Origin: Octopus bimaculoides
Taxonomy: Eukaryota
Direction: 5' to 3'
Assembly (NCBI RefSeq): GCF_001194135.2
Contig: NC_068996.1
Coordinates: 51,571,290-51,626,580, forward strand
DNA length: 55,291 bases
Part shown: positions 11,286 to 23,566 of the stretch, piece after piece
Layout: every line of letters starts with the position of its first letter
How positions within the stretch are numbered: position 1 is the stretch's first letter
The notes under the pieces: model-generated
What the model saw: only the letters and a program-made list of their open reading frames with translations
The model's database searches: none
What the model was told of the DNA's origin: nothing
Translations under genes and position numbers: made by a program

Positions 11286-11338
11286 CTTTTGAACTGCAAA
11301 AAATTTCTGTGGCAAATGTTCTCCAAAAAATACAATAT
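11286..11338 (-). CDS. SIRT2: SIRT2 exon 10 (DIVFFGEHLPQKFFAVQK)
   Basis: gtcttttag|...|gtaatt; 53 nt; DIVFFGExLP motif. Confidence 0.96.
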
Positions 11339-11491
11339 CTAAAAGACAGAAAAAAAAACCCATAAAATGTAAGCCATGTCTCTTCAGAAGTTATAAAATG
11401 ACTTGATGGCCAATAATTTTCTGCATGGCACTTAAAAGTACCTTTCAGTCACTTAGTAACTTCAGCTGATTAAAAATGAAAAATATACACA

Positions 11492-11889
11492 TCTTTTACT
11501 TGTTTCAGTCATTGGACTGTGGCCATGCTAGGGCATCACCTTGAATGGTTTAGTCAACCAAATCAACCCCAGCACTATTTTTTTCTAACTGAGTACTAAT
11601 TTTATCAATCACTTTTGCTGACTGCTAGGTTATGGGGAACATAAACAAACCAGGATTGGTTGTCAGGCAGTGATGAAAGGATGAACACAAATAGACACAT
11701 ACACACACACACATGCATATATATATATACAAGCAGCTTCCACACACTTTCCATTTACCAAATTCACTCGCAATGCTTTGGTCAGCTTGGGGCTATAGTA
11801 GAAGACAATTACTCAAGGTGATATACATTGGGATTGAACCCAAGCACATGTGGTTGGAAAGCAAACTTCTTATCACACAGCCATGCCTG
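11492..11889 (-). mobile_element. Family-B CORE SINE, near full length
   Basis: Reverse complement of the 36219-36632 type. Confidence 0.85.
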
Positions 11890-12022
11890 CACATATATTC
11901 ATGTTTTGAGTTCTTTCAATTCTGTTTGTACAACCAAACCTAAATAACAGATTAAAAATTTGGTGCGGGAAATTATTCACAAACCAATGCTTGACAGAAC
12001 TACCAGCCTTAGCTTAACTTAA

Positions 12023-12549
12023 CCCTTTAGCATTTAAACTGTCTAATGTTCAAACCAGCCAGATCCAGCCTTTCACACCCACCCTACAATATCAGCCCAA
12101 AACTAAACAATCACATCATTGAAATCTCAAAGCTACAAAATAATGCATAGTTAATTCAAAACAATGTGAATAGAGTAAAAAGGATAAAAAGCCCCTTCAG
12201 TCATGACTGACCATGGGATTACAACTAGATGTTACCCTCCAAGGTATAAGTCCAGGCAAGGTTGTATATGGAAGACCAGCAGTCACCCATGCATACCAGC
12301 CTCCTCTCTCCAAACCACCAATGTTATCCAAGGGAAGCTTGACACCAGTAACATAGCAACTCATTTCTACAGCTGAGTGAACTGGAGAAACATGAAATAA
12401 AGTGTCTTGCTCAAGAACACAACACAGCCCGGTCTGGGAATCGAACTCACTACCTCATGATTGTGAGCCCGACTCTCTAACCACTGACCCATACACCTTC
12501 ACATGTGAATAAATATTATATTTCACAGAGTAATCTAAATGCTAAAGGG
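12023..12549. mobile_element. piggyBac-like MITE-2 interrupted by a SINE
   Basis: TTAA-CCCTTTAGCATT...AATGCTAAAGGG termini; partial relatives at ~18030-18207 and ~46871-46975. Confidence 0.75.
12173..12502 (-). mobile_element. Full-length tRNA-derived SINE (family C head) with TSD
   Basis: A-box GGGTCAGTGG, B-box GAGTTCGATTCCC, TGTGTTCTTGAGCAAGACACTT core; TSD ATGTGAATA at 12164-12172 and 12503-12511. Confidence 0.9.
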
Positions 12550-12823
12550 CATAAGGCTAAAAGTACAGAACATAAATAAAATGGTTTATCGCTTATGAGG
12601 ATTGGAGCCTGGTGTAGCCATCTGGTTTACCAGTCCTCAGTCAAATCGTCCAACCCATGCTAGCATGGAAAGCGGACGTTAAACGATGATGATGAGGAGG
12701 AGGAGGAGTTGACCATCATCCTATGATGATAACTGATATGCATCAAACAATTTAATCTTGTAAAAATTTACATTTTATATGCTAAAATGAGATTTCTTTT
12801 AAAAAACAATAAAACAATACTAA

Positions 12824-13046
12824 CCCTTTTGTTACCATATTTCTGTTGAGATGCTCTGTGTTTCTTTTCAATTAATATTAAATATAACAAAGAATTTAGT
12901 AAAACAACTTAGTTATCATTAAGCTAGTGTTAGGAACATAAATTATGACTAAGATTTGCTGAAAGATTTTAATTTAGAATTTATGAAAACAAGACATTTG
13001 TACTACAGAGCCAGAGGTAGTTTCAACCAGATTGGTATCGAAAGGG
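12824..13046. mobile_element. Solo piggyBac-like MITE-1
   Basis: Same family as 2876-3096; followed by TTAA; ends ~50 nt from the exon 9 donor. Confidence 0.85.
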
Positions 13047-13097
13047 TTAAAAAATGAAACAACATTCAACTAATAGCTTTACTAATTCATTACAAAC

Positions 13098-13157
13098 CTG
13101 GTTTAACTAATCCTTTGCATTCTGTGCAATGTGGAATTTCATCTTTGAAAATTATCT
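13098..13157 (-). CDS. SIRT2: SIRT2 exon 9 (EIIFKDEIPHCTECKGLVKP)
   Basis: atttctag|...|gtttgt; 60 nt; second Zn-binding CxxC. Confidence 0.95.
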
Positions 13158-13640
13158 CTAGAAATATAATTATTATTCATTTATTAAATTACAAAAACTA
13201 TTTTTTGTGTTATCAATCAAAATATCAGTCAAAATTAGCAAAAAAAGAAGGGAAAAATTATAACCAAAGAGAAAATTCAAAAACATTAACAGAAATCTTT
13301 TGTTAATCAGATTTCCTAAAACTTTCTGTATTTTTTACTTTATTAAACTTATGGAGATAATATATTTTATACTAACTATTCCAAGAATTATTTCTTTACT
13401 TTCTCAAAAATATTTGACTATTTTCAGTAAGTAGGTATTTTGAAAAATAAAACCTTATAACTGGAAAAGTTTTCGCCATAAATTCTTAAAGTGGATAATG
13501 AGAAAATATGAAAAAGTTCATATTTTATACATTTAAGTTTTAAAATTTTATAAATATACCAATTCCTACCATCAAATAAGAAGTAGGAAATAATTCTTAA
13601 AATATCTTGAAATGCAAAGCATATCCATTCTAAGCCATAC

Positions 13641-13764
13641 CTTTAATCCATTCTAGGTCATATTCAGCCTTGCAATTTATGCAATGACTTGTCTGGAAAG
13701 TTCCATGTCCTTCAACAATTTTTTCAGAATCAATCCCAGCCATTCTCTCTAATCCATCAATATT
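13641..13764 (-). CDS. SIRT2: SIRT2 exon 8 (NIDGLERMAG...VEGHGTFQTSHCINCKAEYDLEWIK)
   Basis: taattatag|...|gtatgg; 124 nt; NID motif, catalytic His (HG) and first Zn-binding CxxC. Confidence 0.97.
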
Positions 13765-13868
13765 CTATAATTAAATAGAAGCCTTTTATAAATATCAACA
13801 TTAAAAGTATTATAACTACCTGCAATAAACATTTTTATAACATGATTTATCAACATCCTAAACAACAA

Positions 13869-13976
<108 letters not shown>

Positions 13977-14566
13977 ATAGCAAACAACTACCATCTAAGC
14001 TAAGATTCAAAATTGAATCGACATTCTGCCACAAGTCATCAGCCTATTGTTTTTGCCTGTTGCACTAGGAAATTCATGAGAATAAGATGACCTCTAGATC
14101 TTTCATGAGTCATACATGGGTCAGAACTGATACAGCAGAGAAATCCTTTGCTTTTGGCTTGACCTAATTTGGTTAGGAAGAATATGAATCAGCAGCAGCA
14201 AATAAGTTCTTTTTCTTTGGATCACCCGAAGAGCAACTCTCTCAATATACTGGCAACACACAAGACAGCAGATCTATCACCTTCTCTACATAGCTGGACT
14301 TTATTATTCTGTCTCTCTTTAGAGGTAGCTCACAGATGAAGCTTACAATACACAATGGACCATGGAACTAGAGACAATTTCTTTACTGCAACCACAAACA
14401 ATCTGTTTACACAGCTGTGTTTTCTATATTATAACAACTAACATAATAATCATATAAATAAAAGACCATCTCAACAAGCTAATAATAATGTTCTTCAATC
14501 GTTTCTCTGATGGAATTTACCTGTTACACACAGGCACTCACACATCCACACACACACACACACACA

Positions 14567-14609
<43 letters not shown>

Positions 14610-14878
14610 NNNNNNNNNNNNNNNNNNNNNNNNNNNNNNNNNNNNNNNNNNNNNNNNNNNNNNNNNNNNNNNNNNNNNNNNNNNNNNNNNNNNNNNNNNN
14701 NNNNNNNNNNNNNNNNNNNNNNNNNNNNNNNNNNNNNNNNNNNNNNNNNNNNNNNNNNNNNNNNNNNNNNNNNNNNNNNNNNNNNNNNNNNNNNNNNNNN
14801 NNNNNNNNNNNNNNNNNNNNNNNNNNNNNNNNNNNNNNNNNNNNNNNNNNNNNNNNNNNNNNNNNNNNNNNNNNNNNN

Positions 14879-14973
<95 letters not shown>

Positions 14974-15212
14974 CTTCAATTAGATGTTATGTTAGCCTCT
15001 GCTATAATGAATCCATAAACATACGTAAAACATCCAAGGGTATTTTTTTCCCTCTGAAGATATTAAGCTCAGGTCATATGAACTTAATATTTAATTAATT
15101 CACTGAGTATTAATTGAAACAGCTGTAAAGGATGATGATGGATTTGTTGTTAATAATAAACAATTATTAACTTCCCAATCTCCATTTTCTTTGTCTTCTT
15201 TTATATACATAT

Positions 15213-15256
<44 letters not shown>

Positions 15257-15329
15257 CTTGGCTTAAAAGATATTACGGGATTGTCTATATCATTGGCTAT
15301 ATCAATACATTTTGTTATCTAATACAAAC

Positions 15330-15717
15330 TTGTTACCAGTTTGAATATTCTTGAGACATATTCAAACCTGTAAGAAAGACATTCATTATATTTTGTCATG
15401 GAGAAAATTTCTTACAGGAGACAAAAAAGGTGTAAACACACCAGTCAGTTTGAAGTGCCCTCTAGCCGGACTGATGGATGCATGCATTTCATAGTAGTTA
15501 TCTCCCCTTAACATCAGATATCAGAAATGGGAATGCTACAAACTGACAAGTGACGGATACCTCTTCTTATATTCCTGTCGTTGTACTGTGACTGGTTGTG
15601 TTAATCAATGTCTTGCCATAAATAAAATATGGAATAGAAGTGCTGAGCAATGATGTATATGAATAGAAACTCATTACCAGTTCAAACATGTTTGGGGCAT
15701 ATTCGAACAGGTAACAA
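15330..15717. mobile_element. Unclassified MITE with 18-bp TIRs
   Basis: TTGTTACCAGTTTGAATA versus the reverse complement TTGTTACCTGTTCGAATA; no clear TSD. Confidence 0.65.
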
Positions 15718-15749
15718 AGCCATTCACTGTATTTTGTTATTTATGAGTT

Positions 15750-15930
15750 TTTAACTACTGAGTCAGTTTTGATTGAGCAAATCTATGAATAAAGGCATTC
15801 CAACCATGACCATCCATTTTTCTTAGGTACACAACATACATGAGTACATTATCGAATATGTCTTTCATTTCAAAAATAGTAAGTTTTGGTTGCTATTTCT
15901 AGCAGCTCGACCATGCAGAAGTTCTCTTGC
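15750..15930 (+). mobile_element. Unclassified interspersed repeat (also ~53180-53240 plus and ~53820-54005 minus)
   Basis: Shared GAGCAAA(T/C)CTATGA.....AAAGGCATTC and GGYTGCTATTTCTAGCA blocks. Confidence 0.6.
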
Positions 15931-16079
15931 TGGTTCATGGCAATTAATGTTGTCTCTGGGTGTCTGGTTATAAAATGATTTCCATTAATAATGATAAAGA
16001 TCTGACAATAAGATGTCAGTCAAAAAAGACACTACCCCCAAGCATTGATTAATAAGTATTAATATATATTTTACATTTA

Positions 16080-16293
16080 TTAAGGCAGTGAGCTGGCAGA
16101 ATCGTTAACACACAAGGCAAAATGCTTTGCGGCATTTCATCCATCTTTATGAGTTCAAAACCTGCCAAGGGTGATTTTGCCTTTTATTTTTTTGGGGGTC
16201 GATAAAATAAGTATCAGTTGAACATTGGAGTCAATGTAATCGACTCAACCCCACCCCCTCTAAATTGCTGCCCTTGTGCCAAAATTTGAAACC
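16080..16293 (+). mobile_element. Family-A SINE
   Basis: TAAGGCAGTGAGCTGGCAGAATC head, core and ...CCAAAATTTGAAACCAATAT tail. Confidence 0.85.
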
Positions 16294-16374
16294 AATATAT
16301 ATATTTTATATTTATTACTCTGATACCAAAAGAAAATTATTGACTATTTGGTTCCCAACAAAATCGGTATTTAC

Positions 16375-16443
16375 CTGAGTAAAATGACGAAGAAGCAAGC
16401 CTTTTTCATCAAGTAGTTTCAGAAAATAGTGTGAAGGGGTTGG
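16375..16443 (-). CDS. SIRT2: SIRT2 exon 7 (PTPSHYFLKLLDEKGLLLRHFTQ)
   Basis: tttcccttcag|...|gtaaat; 69 nt; PTxxHYF...KGLLLR..TQ motif. Confidence 0.97.
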
Positions 16444-16989
16444 CTGAAGGGAAAAAAAATTTAAGAAAAAGAAAAAAAGATCAATATGCTATGAGAGAAT
16501 TATTGATTGAATTTGTACATATTAAATATTAATATAATTATTAGTTTATTATGTTGTGTATTACTCATTTTATTGTCTTACAATCCCTTACTATCTAGTC
16601 TTTTCTTCTCGTCTCTCTCATCTTTGTCCTATAAAATTTGTATCTAATTGTTTTCGATCTTTGAATTCACAGGAACTGATCTCACAATGACTATCATTAT
16701 ACAACTAATGCTAACAGTTATATTTAAATAAACTAATACACTAAAACAAACATGAAAATGCATTTTAAATATCTAAATGAAACTCTAGCAGAGAATGAAT
16801 TTATGTACTGGGAAAAAAAGACAGACCTTTATCTACAAAGAAAAATCAAAAGTAACTAGTGATGCAAGTTTCCTGTTCCCTTTATGCCAAATGAAGCACA
16901 AGTCTTCACCAAAGCAGAAAAGCAAATAATAATGATAATAATATTATTGTTGTTGCTGTTGTTGTTGTTGTTGTTGTTTTTTTCCTGGA

Positions 16990-17224
16990 CAGAATGGTGT
17001 GTTGTGTTCTTGAGCAAAACATTTCATTTCACCTTGCTCTGCAATCATTTCAACACCTGACATGTGACACACTTGTGTACCTGTCCAAGCAATGTTGATT
17101 TGATGGAGGAGCAAGTGAACTAATGTACAGCACATACATTTGATCATTATAAACAAATCATTTGTACAGGTTGTTCAGCAAACATTGAACACTCATATGT
17201 TGTCTTCGACAGAAGAGGAGTCCA

Positions 17225-17228
<4 letters not shown>
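16990..17228 (+). mobile_element. Family-C SINE, 5'-truncated
   Basis: Homologous to 21704-21990. Confidence 0.75.
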
Positions 17229-17257
<29 letters not shown>

Positions 17258-17261
<4 letters not shown>

Positions 17262-17458
17262 GCTGGCAGAATCATTAGCACATCAGACAAAATGCTTAGT
17301 GACATCTCGTTTGTCTTTATGTTCTGGGTTCAAATTCTGGTGAGGCTGACTTTGTTTTTCTTCCTTTTGGGGTCAATAAAATAAGTACCAGCTGAGTACT
17401 GGGGTTGCGCAATTGACTATCCACTTCCCCTAAAATTTCGGACCTTGTGCTTATAGTA
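17258..17458 (+). mobile_element. Family-A SINE whose tail is interrupted by a hAT MITE
   Basis: Head and core intact; tail resumes after 17705. Confidence 0.8.
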
Positions 17459-17705
17459 CAGTGGTTCCCAAACTTTTTGGGGCTGCCACCCCATTGACAC
17501 CCAGGCCACATTCCTAACATCCCCGCTCCAACTAACCATCACAAACACAGACCTCCAAATAAAACTTAACCTAATGAACCCATTATTTTGTTGTTTTTAC
17601 ATGAATCACTACCCCCAGTATTGCCCCACTTTTCTTCAATGCCCTCTTGGAACGTTCCACTCCCCCCTGGGAGGGGGGCAATACCGTCCACTTTGGGAAC
17701 CACTG
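17459..17705. mobile_element. hAT (Charlie-like) MITE
   Basis: 14-bp perfect TIR CAGTGGTTCCCAAA; imperfect 8-bp TSD TTATAGTA/CTAAAGTA. Confidence 0.9.
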
Positions 17706-19459
17706 CTAAAGTAGAAAAAGATTTTTTTTTTCTTTTGACAATGCTATGAAATAGCTGAATGAAAAATAACCAGATGCATTAAGCAACAAAAACTCATGAC
17801 GACACAGATAAATTCATAGCCAAAGTGAGTGATGTAGCAACACATTGTCTATTTAGGGCTTCAACTGCCACCAAACATAGAAACCTTTCCATTAATAATG
17901 TTTTTATTGCAAGCATATTATACAATGTTATCTGCCAGAGATTAATAATATTTTAGAACTGTGGTTAAATGAAACTGATTTTAATGATTTCAGCACTTAA
18001 ATCGGCCTTATCCTGCCCATTTCTGCCTGTTTTGTGTTTAATTCAATCACATTTGCCCTCTCACACCTATCCTACAATGTTATTCTAAAACTAAGCAATC
18101 ACATCATTGAAATTTCAAAACAACAACATTATGCATAATTAATTGAAAACAAAGTGAATAAATAAGCCATACATTTGACAGAGTAATCTGAATACTAAAG
18201 GGTCAAATGAATGTTCCAAACAAATTGATAACCAAAGAGATTATAGTTCACATTCCACTGAGTCTCGCATCTAAGAAAACTCAGTTTATGTTTTGTAGTG
18301 GTTAACATCATGATCAATCACAGTGTCCAGCAGAATCAGCAACAGGCAGAAGATGTGAAAAAAAAAGAGACACTAGATGATTTGCCTATCAAAAAAATAA
18401 GAAATCAGCAACAATTAAAAAAAATAAACAACTGATGAGAGGATTTTGCCAAAATCAAATTCTAGTCTCAAAAATTAGTGACAATAGCAGGAACCTTAAT
18501 GCAACAATAAATAAAATAGCATTCTATATATCTTACTTCACGTGGATATATATTAAAGTGTGGTATTTGTCTTGAGACAGCATCTCATATAGATGTATAG
18601 TGTTAAAAAGAACAGAAGTATGTTAGTGGTAGTAGATGGGAAGTGTCCAGCTGTAGCAAAACAATGGAAAATGCTGAATCTAGATTTCTGCTTCTTTAAG
18701 CATCATCAAACAGCATTTATCCACTTGACAGCAACATGCTTAAACAAATTTAGTCTTTACTGATAATAGAGAAAAACAGTGATTAACAAATCACTAGAGG
18801 NNNNNNNNNNNNNNNNNNNNNNNNNNNNNNNNNNNNNNNNNNNNNNNNNNNNNNNNNNNNNNNNNNNNNNNNNNNNNNNNNNNNNNNNNNNNNNNNNNNN
18901 NNNNNNNNNNNNNNNNNNNNNNNNNNNNNNNNNNNNNNNNNNNNNNNNNNNNNNNNNNNNNNNNNNNNNNNNNNNNNNNNNNNNNNNNNNNNNNNNNNNN
19001 NNNNNNNNNNNNNNNNNNNNNNNNNNNNNNNNNNNNNNNNNNNNNNNNNNNNNNNNNNNNNNNNNNNNNNNNNNNNNNNNNNNNNNNNNNNNNNNNNNNN
19101 NNNNNNNNNNNNNNNNNNNNNNNNNNNNNNNNNNNNNNNNNNNNNNNNNNNNNNNNNNNNNNNNNNNNNNNNNNNNNNNNNNNNNNNNNNNNNNNNNNNN
19201 NNNNNNNNNNNNNNNNNNNNNNNNNNNNNNNNNNNNNNNNNNNNNNNNNNNNNNNNNNNNNNNNNNNNNNNNNNNNNNNNNNNNNNNNNNNNNNNNNNNN
19301 NNNNNNNNNNNNNNNNNNNNNNNNNNNNNNNNNNNNNNNNNNNNNNNNNNNNNNNNNNNNNNNNNNNNNNNNNNNNNNGATAAGAATAAGTTGGATACAC
19401 ATGGAGTGAGCTTAGGATTTTTAATGTATTTTGTTTGTTTTCATTTACTTTATTGGGTG

Positions 19460-19755
19460 GAGTCATCATCATCATCATCGTTTAACGTCCGCTTTCCATG
19501 CTAGCATGGGTTGGACGATTTGACTGAGGACTGGTGAAACCGGATGGCAACACCAGGCTCCAGTCTGATTTGGCAGAGTTTCTACAGCTGGATGCCCTTC
19601 CTAACGCCAACCACTCAGAGAGTGTAGTGGGTGCTTTTACGTGTCACCTGCACGAAAACGGCCACGCTCGAAATGGTGTCTTTTATGTGCCACCCGCACA
19701 AGCCAGTCCAGGGGCACTGGCAACGATCTCGCTCGAAAATCCTCTCGCTCGAAAA
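19460..19755 (-). mobile_element. RTE-type 3' tail element
   Basis: (CAT)n then TTTAACGTCCGCTTTCCATGCTAGCATGGGTTGG... (reverse complement of the tail). Confidence 0.85.
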
Positions 19756-19953
19756 TCGAAAAAAATTAAAATGAACTTCATGATTTTTTTTTTAATCAAC
19801 TATATGAAGAATTAGGGTTGTTACTTTTTTTGTAGCACTTCTATTTGACATTGGTGAATGACAACAATACAAGAACATTTCAAAATCCAAATTAACAATA
19901 TGTAGAATGATTTAATATAAATACACACACAACTTTATCGGTTATAAACTTAC

Positions 19954-20010
19954 CTTCAAATCAGAAGGCCACATATTTTTAACAAGCTTGAAGAACGGTT
20001 CAGGACATTC
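19954..20010 (-). CDS. SIRT2: SIRT2 exon 6 (ECPEPFFKLVKNMWPSDLK)
   Basis: tttatttag|...|gtaagt; 57 nt; PEPFFxL motif. Confidence 0.95.
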
Positions 20011-21094
20011 CTAAATAAATGAAAAAGAATAGATAAATGTACAATAATTGAGATTTATAGAATCAATATTTGAGAATGCGTACAATTACCAATATTTAGT
20101 TGAAAGATATCTTTTCTTCTAACTTTTCCTTGACAGCTACACTCTAGATAATATATTAGGTTCCCTTATAGAGATCTCAATGTCATCTTCAATTTATCAT
20201 AATGGAAAACTATTTTGTCAGTAGGCTGAACAAGTGCACAAGAATGAACATGTCCTTATAATTTAGCTCTTACTGCTGGGCAACCTTGTTTTTGTTGTGG
20301 TGTAAGTATCATGGATTCAGAATAGGATCAGGCTTTAATTTAAATACCTTATTAGGACTAAAATATAATGTATGTCACTAACTTGAACCCTAAAATCTCT
20401 TGTTATAGTTTTAGAAGTTTATACTTATCTTTAAATCAATAACATAATGGATAAAATATAGGCTTTGGTGCACTATTCTGGAAAATGGGAAAAAAATAGG
20501 ACAGACTGGACATGATGTGAATATTTGTGATCATAGATCTATCTAATCAGGGTCAATTTGAGGTTAAACAACCTGGGCAAAATCCATACAATTGTAAACC
20601 CTTACAGAAACTGAAGTGAAGCTAGATCACAAAATCCATCATTCACCAACACTACATGCCTATGTACCCTTTCCACCTTCTAGTATATTTACTGTTCAGT
20701 TTTATATTTTTTTTCTGATATGTTCTATGCATTTGTAGCTATCATTGCTGCCTTTCTTTCTTTAGTTGAATTAGTGCTGCTTTCTCCTTTTTTACTCTTT
20801 TCTGATGAGTTGTAGTGCAATTGAGTAATAAATACAATTAGCTCATTATTATTATTATTATTATATATTGTGCCTCTATAATTTTACTCACAAAATATAT
20901 ATGACTATAAAAGTCACTAAAACAAACTATTGCAACAGTTTTTGATAAGTATCTGAAGAAATTATAAAGAATAACTTAAAAGTGAAAACTGTAATAATTT
21001 GAAATGTATTAAATAAAAATGTCATTATCTGAACATTAAATAGTAGACTAATAATGTCCATAAATATGAAAATTTGAAAAATGTACCAATTTAC

Positions 21095-21201
21095 CCTAAA
21101 AAAATTGATTTCGAAAATTGCTTGTGGATGGGGAAGATTGTATTTTTCTAAATTATCATATAAACCTGACACTGGACTTCGAAAGTCTGGTATTCCAGCA
21201 G
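21095..21201 (-). CDS. SIRT2: SIRT2 exon 5 ([35 protein letters not shown])
   Basis: tttttag|...|gtaaat; 107 nt; class I sirtuin GIPDFRSP motif. Confidence 0.97.
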
Positions 21202-21655
21202 CTAAAAAAAAAAATAATAAATAAAAAAAATTTAGTTTTGCAGAATAAGAAATATTTTCATGAACATTGAGATAATTAAAATATATCATTTAGTATTTAT
21301 TATCTTTCAGCAATTTTTGGTAGATAATTATTCAATGATTTAATTCTCCAATTTCACCATGTAAGAAGTTGAGAAACAAACAATAATCAACTATTTGGAT
21401 AGGCTTTTTTGTTTAAAAAAAAAAAAAGAGAAACTAAGTTAGCTACAAAGGTGACATCATAAGTCTTGAAAGTGATATAAATAACTTAGACTTTGTGATA
21501 TGAATGTGTTGTGTGTTGAGAAGGTTGCTTCTCGACCACATGGTCTCAGGTTCAATCCCACTGCATGGCACCTTGGGCAAGTGTCTTCTTCTATGGCCTC
21601 AGGCCAACCAAAGCCTTGTGAATGGATTTGGTACATGGAAACTGAAAGAAGCCAA

Positions 21656-21701
<46 letters not shown>

Positions 21702-21703
21702 CA

Positions 21704-21990
21704 AGGCACATGGCTTAGTGGTTGCACTCACGATTGCGAGATCATGAGTTCGATTCCCAGTTCTATTGTGAGATCATGAGTTCGATTGCATTGTGTTCTT
21801 GAACAAAGCACTTCATTTCCCGTTGCTCTGCAATCATTTTGTCATCTGACATGTGGCACCCTTTACACAGGTAATGTTGATTTGATGGAGGGAGTGAGCT
21901 TATGGTCTACACAAACATTTGATCACTATAAACAAATCATCTGTGTGGTTGTTCAGCAAGAAATTGTCTAATGACAGGAGAGTCCATCAT
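21704..21990 (+). mobile_element. Family-C SINE
   Basis: GGCACATGGCTTAGTGG A-box, GAGTTCGATTCCC B-box (locally duplicated), core and tail. Confidence 0.85.
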
Positions 21991-21993
21991 ATA

Positions 21994-22065
<72 letters not shown>

Positions 22066-22067
<2 letters not shown>

Positions 22068-23310
22068 AAGGGGTGCTGAGAAGTTCCTGGCTTTAAGGGT
22101 ATCATGAAAGAGTAGAGCTGTTACCTTTGCAGGGGAGGTAGGACAACTATTTAGAAGATATGCAAAAAATCATGATAGAATACAATATATTTTTCTCTTT
22201 CTTTCAGATTTAACATATGACGGCAGCTCCTACAGTGGATTTTGGTAAAATTGAAGCACAGGTGGTCATGAAGTTCCTCTTTTTACAAAGCAAAGGAGCA
22301 ACAAAAATCCATGGCAAGATGAAGGAAGTCTGAAAGACGGCTGCCCATCTTACTCCACAGTGAAAATCTGGATGTCAGGGTTTCAGACTGGTCGTTTTGA
22401 GGTCACAGATGAACCCCAGTCAGGACAGCCAACTTCTGTGACCACAGAGGACAAAGCCAATGCCATTCACATCATGATGCTCAAGAACCACCAGATTTCA
22501 GCTAAAGTCATAGCTGAGACTTTAGGGATTTTCAGTCAAAGAATTGACCACATCACCTACAACATTCTGGACATGAGAAAGATTTCTGCAAAATTGGTGT
22601 CAAAATGCCTGAACACTGATAAGAAGCACATCAGAGTGATGACATCAAAGGCAATTTTCGAGTGACTTGCAGTGAGTGAGGCTGACTTAATGGTTTGGTT
22701 AGTCACCATGAAACTTGGCTTCATCATTATGATCCCCAAACCAAACACCAATCACTGGAGTGGCACCACAGCAGTTCCAAGAAGTTTCAGACCCAGCAGT
22801 CAGCTGGAAAGATTCTGGCTTTAGTGTTCTGAGACAAAGATGGAGTATTCCTCGTAAAATACCTGCCAATGCAGAATACTACAAATCTCTGTTGAGTGAA
22901 GCGTGTGAAGCTTGAAGCAGAAATGCCACAGAAAGCTGGGCCATGGTGTCCTGTTTTCACAAGACAATGCACCAGCACACAGAGTACATGAAACTCTATG
23001 GAAAATACTTTGGTTTTAAATTGGTAGACCACCCACCTTACTCTCCTGACCTGGCGCTCTCTGACTATCCCTTCTTTCCACAACTGAAGAAACATCTCAA
23101 GGGAATGAAATTACAAACCAATTCAGAAGTGATCGCTGATACAGAAGCCTATCTGGAGACCCAAACCTCCAAGTTCTTTTTAAAGGGTTTAGAAAAACTG
23201 AAAAACCACTGCAATAAGCCTGCAAAACTGAGAGGAGAATATGTTGAATAAAATCATAATTAAACTGACCCTCCTATATTTTCTTTTACCCAAAGCCAGG
23301 AACTTTTCAG
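22066..23310 (+). mobile_element. Mariner transposon, defective; transposase remnant 22217-23251
   Basis: Left TIR after TA: TGAAGGGGTGCTGAGAAGTTCCTGGCTTT; truncated right TIR AAAGCCAGGAACTTTTCAG. Motifs: HTH region, LVSKCL (WVPxxL-like), HQDNAPAH, HPPYSPDLALSDY. Frameshifts and stops present. Confidence 0.93.
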
Positions 23311-23344
23311 TTTGTATGTGTGTGTGTGTGTGTGTATGTATATA

Positions 23345-23527
23345 TGATTTTAAATTCTCAAACGCAAGATAATGCTAATAAAATAGGGGTAGTTTATCCT
23401 GTTCAGGCTATATTATTAGCATTATCCTGCGTTTGAGAATTTAAAATCACTTCTTTAACTTTCTAAGACATCTCAACGCTTCTAAAAGCAAACTTCGTTT
23501 GTTTGTTTACGTTTATCGTAATTTGAA

Positions 23528-23528
<1 letters not shown>
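23345..23528. mobile_element. Unclassified young repeat with 37-bp fold-back; inverted copy at 48499-48650
   Basis: About 150 bp with ~5 differences from the reverse complement of 48499-48650. Confidence 0.85.

Positions 23529-23566
<38 letters not shown>

Noticed and set aside
12440-12502. tRNA-like sequences with A and B boxes (also 21704, 25044, 36219)
   Set aside because: They run into SINE cores and tails and I could not form a complete cloverleaf; treated as SINE heads, not tRNA genes.
20927-21289. 120-aa ORF with an [10 protein letters not shown] motif as a standalone gene
   Set aside because: Only 21095-21201 is exon 5; the rest is intron read-through.
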